Of a stretch of 64,000 nucleotides of DNA, positions 29,598-38,907 are shown piece by piece. Within the stretch, counting starts at the first letter, position 1. Each line of letters starts with the position of its first letter. The stretch covers positions 960,001-1,024,000 of the forward strand of contig CAVSBL010000002.1 in the NCBI GenBank assembly GCA_963726255.1, written 5' to 3'. A model generated the notes under the pieces. The model was not told the DNA's origin and searched no databases. It saw nothing but the letters and a program-made list of their open reading frames with translations. The position numbers and the translations under genes are program-made. Source of the stretch: Candidatus Bathyarchaeota archaeon. GTDB taxonomy: Archaea > Thermoproteota > Bathyarchaeia > 40CM-2-53-6.

Positions 29598-30053
29598 GTG
29601 ACGTCTTCGTTGGACATTATCGGGCTTCACAAGAAGGGTGAGGTTGACCTAAACCGAATGATGGCCGACCTTTCGAAGCTCCCTAACTACCATGAAGCCG
29701 GGGCAGTGGCCTGCTTTGTCGGCGTAGTTCGCGAAGACCCTGTGCGGGGATCCGACGCGAAGGTAGTTCGCCTCGAATATGAAGCCTATACGGAAGTCGC
29801 CCTCAAACGGATGCAGGCGATTCGGGATGTCGTCAAAGCACGCCCAGGAATAATTGAAGTCTCAATTCATCATGTCATAGACAGTCTGAACGTGGGTGAA
29901 CCCAGCCTCTTTGTCGCAGTTCTAGGCAAACATCGCCAAGACATCTTCTCGGCCCTTTCTGAAACTGTTGACAAGGTAAAGAAAGAAGTCCCAATTTGGA
30001 AGAAGGAGCTCACGACGAAGGACTCTTATTGGGTTACAACTGAGCCGAAATGA
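29598..30053 (+). CDS. moaE: Molybdopterin synthase catalytic subunit
   Basis: GAVACFVGVVR, LEYEAY, HR..F, KKEVPIWKKE. Confidence 0.92.
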   Translation: MTSSLDIIGLHKKGEVDLNRMMADLSKLPNYHEAGAVACFVGVVREDPVRGSDAKVVRLEYEAYTEVALKRMQAIRDVVKARPGIIEVSIHHVIDSLNVGEPSLFVAVLGKHRQDIFSALSETVDKVKKEVPIWKKELTTKDSYWVTTEPK

Positions 30054-30251
30054 AATGCGGGTGTATAACATATGCTAGACATCATTTTTTCCAGAATGAC
30101 ACCGCGGTGCCCAGCAACTTCATAGGCCTTTCTGCGGGTCGACGCGCCTTCTTCTGTACCCATTTAACCGTTAACCACTTTCAGTAGTGAAATCTTATAT
30201 TCAAACCCAAGCGAGAAAACCACAGACGCACGCTTCGGATGGTGGACGGCA

Positions 30252-31034
30252 TTGCCCATAAGCGATAGAACGAGACGATCACTGCAAGAATTCGGGCTAA
30301 CAGATTACGAGATCCGCTCATACGCCTCTCTGCTTGAAATCGGCCCCGCGACAGCTAGTGAGCTTAGCCAAGCCTCAGAGGTGCCCTATTCTAAAATCTA
30401 CGAGGTCCTGGGCTCGCTGGAGAAGAAAGGCTGGATTGAAATGGAACATGGCCGTCCGAGCAAATACTACCCCAAACCGCCTTCAGTGGCCCTTGAAATC
30501 ACGAAATCCCACCTTGAGAACTCGCTGAAGACAAACGAAGGCGTAATCCTGGATGAACTTCAGCCCATCTATGAGAAGAAGGGTGTGAGGGAACACCCAG
30601 ACATTTGGATTGTACGGGGAAACCTTAACGTTCTCTCTAAGATCAGAGAAACCGTTGAACACGTTCAGAAAGAAATTCTAGTTGCAGTTCCTGGTATACC
30701 GGACGCCACCGCGGAAATGCTCATCCCACTCGTCAGAACGATCGTAGAAAGAGGCGTCAAAGTCCAGATAATGACCATGAGGAACCCTATGACTGAAACT
30801 ATGGCCAGATTGATGAAGTTCTGTGATGTGCGCGTGCGCGAGCAAATGTTCGGCGGCGGAATAATCGCAGATGGCCACGAAGTCATCTTGCTCCTAGGGC
30901 AGGAAGGAGATGAGGCGATCGGCTTGGCCATATGGTCCGACCACATTGGCCTCGCAAAGTTCGCGAAGAACTATTTCGAGTATTTGTGGGCCGATAGTAC
31001 TCCTAACCAGAAAACGGCCAAAGGCAAACCATAG
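30252..31034 (+). CDS. TrmB family transcriptional regulator
   Basis: FGLTDYE..Y..LL, SEVPYSKIYEVL.SLEKKG HTH; C-terminal effector domain. Confidence 0.92.
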   Translation: MPISDRTRRSLQEFGLTDYEIRSYASLLEIGPATASELSQASEVPYSKIYEVLGSLEKKGWIEMEHGRPSKYYPKPPSVALEITKSHLENSLKTNEGVILDELQPIYEKKGVREHPDIWIVRGNLNVLSKIRETVEHVQKEILVAVPGIPDATAEMLIPLVRTIVERGVKVQIMTMRNPMTETMARLMKFCDVRVREQMFGGGIIADGHEVILLLGQEGDEAIGLAIWSDHIGLAKFAKNYFEYLWADSTPNQKTAKGKP

Positions 31035-31070
31035 AGAGCTTAACCTGTTTCAGGACTTCCGCCCCTGGTC

Positions 31071-31563
31071 TCATGAGGCTAGGACCGAATGCCTAAGCTT
31101 CAGCAGCGGGATGACTTGGTCGACGCGGTCGCTCGATTTTATTTCGACCGTCGCCCATTTGACGTCGCCAGTCTCCTCGGCTTCTTTCACGCAGTCGATG
31201 ACCTCTGAATCGAGGTTCTCATCTTGGAGCACTTTCTTCTCGAAGTTTGGTTCGACTGGGAAGTTGATCCACAAGTGCTCGTCGAAGTGGACCCAAACTA
31301 AGTCTGAGCCCTTTACGCGGTAAGCCGGGCACCATTCCCCTGAGACCTCGTCGATTTCAATGGACTCTTCAGTCTCGGGGAGTTCCGGAGTGCCGTTCGT
31401 AATTGCGTGAAATACTTCTTCTGTTTTGGATTGACCTTGGCAAGAAATTCCTGCATTTCTCTTCGAAGCGCTCCAGTGCCTGTTTCTCGTCAACTCTTGC
31501 CCTATTTGAATTTAATGCGTGTACTCTTTGGGAGAGTGTCCTCGCCGACTCTCTAGGCATCAT
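31071..31563 (-). CDS. DUF3788-like protein, broken by two 1-bp deletions
   Basis: Adding one A near 31457 and one G near 31386 gives a continuous ...FEEKMQEFLAKVNPKQKKYFTQLRTALRELPETEESIEIDEVSGEWCPAY... Confidence 0.55.
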
Positions 31564-31568
31564 TGATC

Positions 31569-33026
31569 CTAAGAGAAGCGTGCGTAGGCCTCGCGCAATT
31601 CCGCCATGAGCTTATCATGCCATTCCGGAAAGCCATCTGGCGATTTCGGGTAGTTCATGTAGTGTTGAATTAGCTTCCTGCTCTTTTCCGCTGTGTACCG
31701 CAACCCTCTTGCTAAAGCGAGGCGCGGAAGCGCCCAGAGGATCTTTGCGGGGCTCCCAAAGCCGACTTGTTTGAATTCGGGATGCTCCCTCCGAATGATG
31801 CTGTCGACGTCATCTTGTCCGAGGAAATGTTTCATCCCGTAATTGAGGTCATCGTTGCTCAATATCTGCAAGAAGCGCCTAAGAACCTCGGAGCTGGCCA
31901 TTCTGTAGCCGTACGTCCGAACGTATTCCGTGTTGAACTTCCAAAGACCCGTCTCGGAAGTATCATTCGCTTGCAAAGCTTCAGCAACCACTTTGCCACC
32001 TATCGTGCTAGCATATATCGCCGGTCCGATTCCACCAGCGTCGATTGGCCGTGGCATCCAGGCGGCATCGCCAACAATCATGTAACCGTTTGCTACCATG
32101 CAATCGTTCTGCCTTCGAACAGGCACTTGCCAGTTTCCTTTTTCGTTTCCCTTATCTTCTGAGCCGTCCGCAAGCTTCCAGTTCTTGATGACAGGATTCG
32201 TGCGCACATATTCATCGATTAGGGATTGCAGGGTATCATGTCGGCCCAACTCCTTGTTTCGGCGTTCGAGAATTCTCTTCTGAACACCGAGGCCTATGTT
32301 GACCTTATTCTCGCCTTTTGGAAACACCCAAGCGTACCCGCCCGGCGCGATCTCCTGGTCCAGGTGAATAATGCAGTAATCGGGGTCAAAGAAGGTCCCG
32401 TCCTTCTTGCCAACTTCAAATTTCAGAATGTACCGCCCCGTTGACTCCATGTCGTTTTCCTTGTCGATCTCCCTTTCAATGTAGCTCTTTATGGGAAGGC
32501 TTGTTCGAAGCCGCGAGGCCGACCCTGTAGCGTCTACGACCAGCTTCGCAGTTTTCTTGAAGCTGGAGTTATCCTTCGAGGATCTGCAATGTATGCCCTT
32601 GACGAAACCGTCTTCGTGTATGAGAGCATCAGCATAGGTTTCGAACAGGAACTCTACCCCAAGTTTCTCTGCGTCGTTCAATTGCCTCTGGGGGAGGAGT
32701 TTGCGGTTTAAGACGAACCCTTGGCCGTCGAACATGGCTTTCGACTTGTGGTCTGGGGAATATGCGACTACCCCGTGAATAGTCCGCTCAAGTTCAGGTT
32801 TACTGTAATGTATCCCAACTTCCGAAGCAAGGTAGTCCAGGCTGCCTTTGCTGACAGCGTCTCCGCAAACCCAACCAGTCGCGGTCTTCATTCCCGCTTG
32901 AGACCTAGGGTTTCGGTCAACGACAAGGATCCTGAGACTCTGATTAGAGCGCTTTGCAGCAGATGCTGCAGTAATCATTCCTGCAACTCCGGCCCCAGCG
33001 ATTATGACATCATAATCGGGTTCCAT
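31569..33026 (-). CDS. Geranylgeranyl reductase family (DGGGPL reductase-like)
   Basis: IIAGAGVAG, CGDAVS, PGGYAWVFPKG, VGDAA...P.DAGGI. Confidence 0.9.
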   Translation of the reverse strand: MEPDYDVIIAGAGVAGMITAASAAKRSNQSLRILVVDRNPRSQAGMKTATGWVCGDAVSKGSLDYLASEVGIHYSKPELERTIHGVVAYSPDHKSKAMFDGQGFVLNRKLLPQRQLNDAEKLGVEFLFETYADALIHEDGFVKGIHCRSSKDNSSFKKTAKLVVDATGSASRLRTSLPIKSYIEREIDKENDMESTGRYILKFEVGKKDGTFFDPDYCIIHLDQEIAPGGYAWVFPKGENKVNIGLGVQKRILERRNKELGRHDTLQSLIDEYVRTNPVIKNWKLADGSEDKGNEKGNWQVPVRRQNDCMVANGYMIVGDAAWMPRPIDAGGIGPAIYASTIGGKVVAEALQANDTSETGLWKFNTEYVRTYGYRMASSEVLRRFLQILSNDDLNYGMKHFLGQDDVDSIIRREHPEFKQVGFGSPAKILWALPRLALARGLRYTAEKSRKLIQHYMNYPKSPDGFPEWHDKLMAELREAYARFS

Positions 33027-33201
33027 CTAGAGCTGCCTCACCGAAACACGTTCTGCACTAACAAGTGGTTCTACACAAAAACGTTCAGGTTTCCAGTTGG
33101 TTTAGTTTTCCTTAAAGCAAATCTAGGATAGAACGCGCTGACTCGGCTTAATGGGAATAGGAAGAAAAGAGAGGCTTAGAGGCGAAGCCGTTACGGCTTG
33201 C

Positions 33202-34878
33202 CTACTTGCCCTTAATCATGCCGTTCTCGATCGAGAGCAGTTCTGAGCTTGGCGTGTTGAGAGCGCCTAGTGGGCACCCGCAGCCCGCCGCATGTCCCTT
33301 ACCCTTTCGTAGAGCGCCTTTGTACAGTCCTTGCTCGAGAGTCGTCTTGTGCTCCTTCTCCCATTGCTCGATGGGGATTCCGTACTTTGGTTGGATAGCG
33401 TCCCTGTACCATTCGGGAATGACGTTGAAGGCACAGAAGGGTATGATTCTCATGTCTGGGCTGAGGTAGTGGATGTCGCATCTTCGCAGGCGTTCTTCAT
33501 CATGGTTGTACTTGTCCATGAAGTGCATCATGCCGAGGAACATTGACTTGTGATGGAACGCTCCGAGTGCGCTGTAGTCGTTCTTGACGAGTGCGTTGAA
33601 GAGCAGTTTGCTGAGGGCCAAGCCCTTTGGTTGCTTACTTCGGTCGATGAACGTTCCCATCTTGGCCAGGACTTTGGCTACTACGAGGTATTTGTTCTTG
33701 CCCGCCCTGAGTTCGTCCGCCTTCTCTTCCAAGTATTCAAGTAGGCCTTCAAGGTCTACGAAGGAGGCCATTGAAACCAGTTTGTCGCCGTCCTTGAAGA
33801 CGTAAGTGCCCGCACCGCATGCGAAGTGGATTGAAAGCTCGTATCGTGGGCGTTTCGTTAGGGCTTCGACGAAGTGTGTAATGGGGACGCAGCTCGGGAC
33901 TGGGAACCAGTCTTCCCTTCGAACTTCGCCGTCTGTCTGCTCCTCGATGCGCTCAATGCAGTCTGGGATTGTTATTCGGTATTTCTCTCGCTCGGACTTG
34001 CTCAACCGGCCGGTCAATGAGACTGGTTGGAAGTTGACGGCGTGAATGGTATCCATGTTTCTTTGGCCGAATCTTATTAGCCCGCCTAATTCGTGGTCGT
34101 TGATGCTCTTGATAACCGTCGGAACCAGTACAACGCCTAATCCCGCTTTTCTGCAGTTCTCAATTGCGATGGGTGCTTCCCAATGGTTCTTCGGGTTTGT
34201 TCGCGGCGTGACGCCGTCGAAACTCATGTAGACGGTGTTGACACCTGCTTCCCTGACGCGCCTTGCGCAATCAGAATCCTGGGCCATATTGATTGCATTG
34301 CTGTTCAGCTGGATGTGCTCAACGCCTTCTTCCTTGCATATGCGGATGATTTCGGGCAAATCTTCACGGAGGGTCGGTTCTCCGCCCGTGATTTGGATCG
34401 CATTACCCGGTACAGGCCTCTCAGCGCGAAGGACTTGAACCATCTCACGAATCTTTTCCTGTGTGGGCTCATACACATAGGCGCCTTCAACACCTTTCTT
34501 GGCGTAGAAGAAGCAGTACCAGCAGGTTAGGTCACAGCGGTTTGTGATGACAAGGTTGGTTAGCCCTGAGTGGCTCAGGTGGCTCGTACATAGCCCGCAG
34601 TTTGTTGGGCACGCACATTTCTCGAGTGGGACGTTCGGGTTTTCGATTCCTTTCCCGTTATGGGAGAACTTGGCGAACTTGTAGTACATGTCGGCGGAGC
34701 CAAAATAGAGTTCCTCAATTTCGCCGTGCTCTGGGCAAGTTTTGCCTAACCAAATCTTGCCTGCACGCTCATAGACGTTTGCTGGGAGAATTCTGTTGCA
34801 ATCAGGGCAAATGCTTCTGGTTTCCCTGATTAGCTTAGTCTCAACCCTTTCCATCTGAACTGTTTCCGTATTAACCAC
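33202..34878 (-). CDS. tes: Tetraether lipid synthase (GDGT-MAS) radical SAM enzyme
   Basis: TRSICPDC...KTCPEHG; CP.NCGLC..H; CDLTCWYC; H..CG; RC.IHY...IPFC. Confidence 0.88.
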   Translation of the reverse strand: MVNTETVQMERVETKLIRETRSICPDCNRILPANVYERAGKIWLGKTCPEHGEIEELYFGSADMYYKFAKFSHNGKGIENPNVPLEKCACPTNCGLCTSHLSHSGLTNLVITNRCDLTCWYCFFYAKKGVEGAYVYEPTQEKIREMVQVLRAERPVPGNAIQITGGEPTLREDLPEIIRICKEEGVEHIQLNSNAINMAQDSDCARRVREAGVNTVYMSFDGVTPRTNPKNHWEAPIAIENCRKAGLGVVLVPTVIKSINDHELGGLIRFGQRNMDTIHAVNFQPVSLTGRLSKSEREKYRITIPDCIERIEEQTDGEVRREDWFPVPSCVPITHFVEALTKRPRYELSIHFACGAGTYVFKDGDKLVSMASFVDLEGLLEYLEEKADELRAGKNKYLVVAKVLAKMGTFIDRSKQPKGLALSKLLFNALVKNDYSALGAFHHKSMFLGMMHFMDKYNHDEERLRRCDIHYLSPDMRIIPFCAFNVIPEWYRDAIQPKYGIPIEQWEKEHKTTLEQGLYKGALRKGKGHAAGCGCPLGALNTPSSELLSIENGMIKGK

Positions 34879-35131
34879 CGTACTTGGTAAACTAAGTCGG
34901 GCGCTTCGCTTTTTCGCATATTAACCCTTTCCAAACCTGAACGAAGGTGAAAGAGGGGGCACCCAGACGGGCAATTACCCATAACTCACACATCGTTTGG
35001 GTGGAGCCACCCTCAGATTCCTTTATGGCACTTGGCGTAGCAGGTTGGATATTCTTGATCAAACTCTTCGAAGCCAACTCCAGAGAAACCGTTATTCAGG
35101 CTGACAGCAGGCTCAACGCGTGTTGATGCTT

Positions 35132-35614
35132 ATGGAGCAACAGGGCAAGTCGCCAAGCGAATCCTCGACTCGGATGGTACGAATTATGATGCCTATGGAT
35201 GCAAACGTGGCCGGTAACGTATTCGGCGGTAGTATTCTGCGAATGATCGACGAGGTGGCGTCAATCGTCGCCTTCAGGCACTCACGTAACAACGTTGTAA
35301 CCGCATCCCTTGACCGGATGGACTTCATTTCCCCAGTCTATATTGGCGACATACTTCGGATGATCGCTTCCATCAACTACACACACAGAACATCGATGGA
35401 AGTTGGAGTTCGCGTCGAAGCAGAGAACCCGCTAACCGGCGAAGTCCGCCACACAGGCACGTGCTACCTCACGTATGTGGCACTCGACAAGAACCGAAAA
35501 CCAACACAGGTGGCTATCCTGAGACCCGAGACTGGCGAAGAAAAGCGACGTTGGGCTGAAGCTGAGGAGAGACGAAAGCGCAGGCTTAAGGAAATTGGTA
35601 AGCTCAAAGATTAA
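35132..35614 (+). CDS. Hotdog-fold acyl-CoA thioesterase
   Basis: DAN..GNVFGG..L..ID, VVTAS.D...F..P, TSMEVGV. Confidence 0.92.
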   Translation: MEQQGKSPSESSTRMVRIMMPMDANVAGNVFGGSILRMIDEVASIVAFRHSRNNVVTASLDRMDFISPVYIGDILRMIASINYTHRTSMEVGVRVEAENPLTGEVRHTGTCYLTYVALDKNRKPTQVAILRPETGEEKRRWAEAEERRKRRLKEIGKLKD

Positions 35615-35697
35615 GTCGAATGCAATCCAACCTGAGCGCTATACCTGACTTCGGGAAAACTTCAAGAAGAGAAGCAGAGCTACCTTGCAGTCCGGAA

Positions 35698-35934
35698 TTG
35701 GCTGAATTGATTGGCGTAGTTATTACATTCGATGACACGGAGAACAAAGCCTGGATAACGGTCTCAGAAATGGACCTAGATCGCTTCATAGGGCACGACG
35801 CGTCTTTTCAATTCTCGAAGACCAAAGATTTCAAGGGAAAAGTCATCGGTGTTGAGACCGATTTTCTCGTAGTCAAATTTGAGGAACAACCCCTAGGGCT
35901 TGGTCAAGGCAGCCAAGTATCAATAGCCGATTAA
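35698..35934 (+). CDS. Small acidic beta-barrel protein, eL33/L35Ae-like pattern
   Basis: RFIG......KTKDFKGKVIGV....LVVKFE...GLGQGSQVSI. Confidence 0.45.
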   Translation: MAELIGVVITFDDTENKAWITVSEMDLDRFIGHDASFQFSKTKDFKGKVIGVETDFLVVKFEEQPLGLGQGSQVSIAD

Positions 35935-36074
35935 CTCCCCCCAAGCTGCTCAATTAGCTACGTGTAGTACAACCCTTAGGGGAACTTATAATTCAGGACG
36001 TGAAACCAGTAAGTGCATTCCCTCAGCCACTTGCATGCGCGGGAGCCGCCGAGGTTTAGCGTTTGATTAGAAAT

Positions 36075-36406
36075 ATGGATAAGGATTGGCGCGAGCGGGT
36101 CGTAAAGAACAATCTTGACCTAATCATACTTAGGCTCTTGCGGCGAAGCCTCAATGGGGCTACGAAGTTAACATTGCGATTCGGGACAAATACCGAGTCT
36201 ACTTGAGTGCAGGCACCCTGTATCCGTTGCTGCACTCACTTGAGGAAGATGGTTACATTCAAGGCGAATGGGAATCTGAGAAGGGGCGCGGCCGTAGAAT
36301 CTACAAGATCACTGAAGCGGGGGCCGGCTTCTTGGAGGCAGGGGAACGTGCCACACTCGAACTGGCTCGACTCATGCAAGGCCAGCCGTCGGCAACAAAG
36401 ACCTGA
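36075..36406 (+). CDS. PadR family regulator, split by a 1-bp deletion near 36143
   Basis: MDKDWRERVVKNNLDLIILRLL then shifted frame KPQWGYEV...SAGTLYPLLHSLEEDG...RRIYKIT..G. Confidence 0.8.
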
Positions 36407-36471
36407 ATCGAGCTCGCGGGGAATTCGAAAGCAATATCAAGGATGAGCGGTTTCGGAGCTGAGACCCGAAC

Positions 36472-37014
36472 TTGCCTAAGAACAGCGCGTCATCGAAGGC
36501 CATTCAAGCGTTCAAGAATCCGACGGTGCGCGTCCTGATACTCATCGTCATACTATTTGCGGCAACTTATGGTGGGGTCGAGGTTATGCGGTTGGCGCTT
36601 CACTCCGAGTCCCCGTTGATGGTTGTTTCATCGGGGAGCATGGTACCTGTCCTCAATGTTGGAGACATCATAATTGTTCGTGGAGTTGATCCACAGACCG
36701 TGACTGTGGGGACGATAATCATCTTCCACAGCCCGTACGAATACGACATGCCGATTGTGCATCGGGTAGTCGCCGTGCTCAACGAAGGGGGCTCACTATT
36801 CTTCCAGACCAAAGGCGACCATAATGGAATTCAGGATGGTTGGAAGGTGCCCGCTGCGAATCTCATGGGAGTATACGTAATGAAAATCCCTTATGTTGGC
36901 CTCATAAGCTTGGAACTGCGCGGGCCCCTCGGGGTCACTCTCATAATTCTACTGGTCGCGCTCATTATCCTAGTTGAATATAGCGAATCGAAAACTCACA
37001 AGAAGAAAAACTAG
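36472..37014 (+). CDS. Signal peptidase I (Sec11 type)
   Basis: VVSSGSMVP, GD, IVHRV, TKGDHN. Confidence 0.93.
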   Translation: MPKNSASSKAIQAFKNPTVRVLILIVILFAATYGGVEVMRLALHSESPLMVVSSGSMVPVLNVGDIIIVRGVDPQTVTVGTIIIFHSPYEYDMPIVHRVVAVLNEGGSLFFQTKGDHNGIQDGWKVPAANLMGVYVMKIPYVGLISLELRGPLGVTLIILLVALIILVEYSESKTHKKKN

Positions 37015-37065
37015 TGCATGCATTTCGCGGAGATATTCTGTGAACCTCCGAGCCTGTTTCGGTTC

Positions 37066-37335
37066 TCAATCACCTGTAGTCACAAGTTCGCCTACTATCG
37101 CGGTATGCGTTCGGAGCACACCATCCAATGTCTGGATACGTGTCCTCACGGTCCCAGTGAGGTTGTTGATGTCTGTGGCTTCAAGGTAGGCGATGATATC
37201 GAACATTCCGGTAACCGGGTGCGCCGTCTTGACTCCTTCAATCTTCGACATTTGTTCAGTAATACTTCTTGACTTCCCCGGGGCGATCTTGATTAGAATG
37301 TAAGCGCCTATCTTTCGCTTCTCAGTCATTGCCAT
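37066..37335 (-). CDS. Stand-alone Lrp/AsnC ligand-binding domain
   Basis: AYILIK..PG, VTGMFDIIA, I..LDGV.RT.T. Confidence 0.88.
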   Translation of the reverse strand: MAMTEKRKIGAYILIKIAPGKSRSITEQMSKIEGVKTAHPVTGMFDIIAYLEATDINNLTGTVRTRIQTLDGVLRTHTAIVGELVTTGD

Positions 37336-37377
37336 CTAGGGCGATGTAGTCGCGTGCTTTGCTTATTTTCGCTTCCG

Positions 37378-37974
37378 CTACACACTTGGCGTGGCTGCGG
37401 GAGCCGCTTCGTACGTTATGAGTACCTTTTCCTCAAGGGTTCCCTGAAGTTTGGTGACCGCCCTGTGAACTTCAGTTTCTTTCTTCGCTCCGGTGCAGAC
37501 AAGTTTTCCGCTTGCGAATAGGAGTATGACGACTTTCGGATCGTCCATCCTGTAGATTAGGCCTGGGAATTGTTCAGGTTCATACATTGTCCGTTTGAGC
37601 GAGTACGTGGACTTCTCTAGGTCTATGGCCCCGCCGAGGCCGGCTGACGCAACGATATTCTGAATCATAATTTCCGGCTTGCCAAGTATGACGATGCCAT
37701 TCCTCTTCAGTTCATCAACAACCTTCATCACTGCCTTCCGAGCCTGCCGCTCGGACTTTGCGCCCGTGCAAACCATCTTTCCTGAGCTGAAGATCAGTGT
37801 GGCCGTTTTCGGTTTCTTCAGCCGGTACACGAGGCCAGGGAATTGTTCAGGTCGGTACTCGACACCGGGGAAAACACGAACGATTGAATTGAGGTCAATA
37901 TTCTGGTGAAGGGTCGCGGAGGCGACGACGTTTTCGATGTTGATGAAAGCCTTCTTTACCGGCAGATTAGCCAC
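37378..37974 (-). CDS. tbp: TATA-box binding protein
   Basis: Two repeats NVVAS...YxPEQFPGL.YR...LIF.SGK.VCTGAK. Confidence 0.98.
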   Translation of the reverse strand: MANLPVKKAFINIENVVASATLHQNIDLNSIVRVFPGVEYRPEQFPGLVYRLKKPKTATLIFSSGKMVCTGAKSERQARKAVMKVVDELKRNGIVILGKPEIMIQNIVASAGLGGAIDLEKSTYSLKRTMYEPEQFPGLIYRMDDPKVVILLFASGKLVCTGAKKETEVHRAVTKLQGTLEEKVLITYEAAPAATPSV

Positions 37975-38011
37975 CTTATATACGTGGGGAATTGGGCACT
38001 CGTAACCCCCT

Positions 38012-38030
38012 TTAATATATAAGCCCTTTT
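38012..38030 (-). promoter_or_regulatory. BRE/TATA promoter of tbp
   Basis: Minus strand AAAAAGGGCTTATATATTA about 40 nt upstream of the start codon. Confidence 0.6.
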
Positions 38031-38172
38031 TAAGCTCGGCTAGGGCGACGGTGTCTCCTAGAGCTAGTTAGGTTGGAGAACGCTAACGGGGCATGTTTCT
38101 CTATGCTGATTGCGTAACGGAGCCGTTATGCAAGCCGAAACGGCATCATCTCGCCCGCGAATAGGCTACATT

Positions 38173-38730
38173 TCAACCTTCAGAAATAGCGGGGCTGAGC
38201 CGCCGACTCTTTGCGTACGCTGCGGCGGTTAGCACTGTGAATAGGCCGATTAAGAGGGGTAGGCCGTAGCTTGGGTATTCTGGGATCGGTTGAACCCAGT
38301 TAACAGTGACGAATGCGTCACCAAAGTTTCCCATATTATCGTAGGCCACGACGACTACTGTGTATGACCCAGGTTGGGCGTAGGCATGGTTCTGTACCTC
38401 ACTAACCTGGCTCTGGCAACAGTAAGGAACATCAAGGAAAGCTCCGTCGCCGAACTCCCAATGCAGCCGAGTGATCCAGGACCCTGGAAACGTTTTGGCC
38501 TGAACCCCAAACGAGTAAACTTGGGGCGGGACAGTGTCCACCTGTACTGCGTTGAAATTCACTTGCAACACCCCGCCCGTCTGGACCTGAAGGTTTGTTG
38601 TAGTCGTAACGGTGAAACTGATGCTTGTCGTCTGTTGCGGACCGTTGGCTGAGGCGGGCGCACTAAGGCTTAGCGTACCGACTAGAGCGGCTACTATGAT
38701 GCACACTGTTACCAGCGAGTTAAGCCTCAA
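38173..38730 (-). CDS. PKD-domain surface protein with PEF-CTERM-like tail
   Basis: WEFGDG, HAYAQPGSYTV; C-terminal IPEYPS-TM-basic. Confidence 0.8.
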   Translation of the reverse strand: MRLNSLVTVCIIVAALVGTLSLSAPASANGPQQTTSISFTVTTTTNLQVQTGGVLQVNFNAVQVDTVPPQVYSFGVQAKTFPGSWITRLHWEFGDGAFLDVPYCCQSQVSEVQNHAYAQPGSYTVVVVAYDNMGNFGDAFVTVNWVQPIPEYPSYGLPLLIGLFTVLTAAAYAKSRRLSPAISEG

Positions 38731-38907
38731 CTGAAATCATTGGACTTGCTGGAAACTCGGAAGATAAACCTACCCGCAAAAACCCCCAAACATGTGTCAT
38801 TTTCCAGCCGCCCCTGAAGCGAGGGTTAACAGCCCACTGCGTAGGCCCAGCGCGCACTGAAACGGAAGATGTAGGACGGTTGCCCGTCTCGAGGGTTGTC
38901 CTATCGT

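Noticed and set aside
30172-30192. TrmB (TGM-like) operator upstream of trmB
   Set aside because: Only a partial match to TATCAC-N5-GTGATA; too weak to call.
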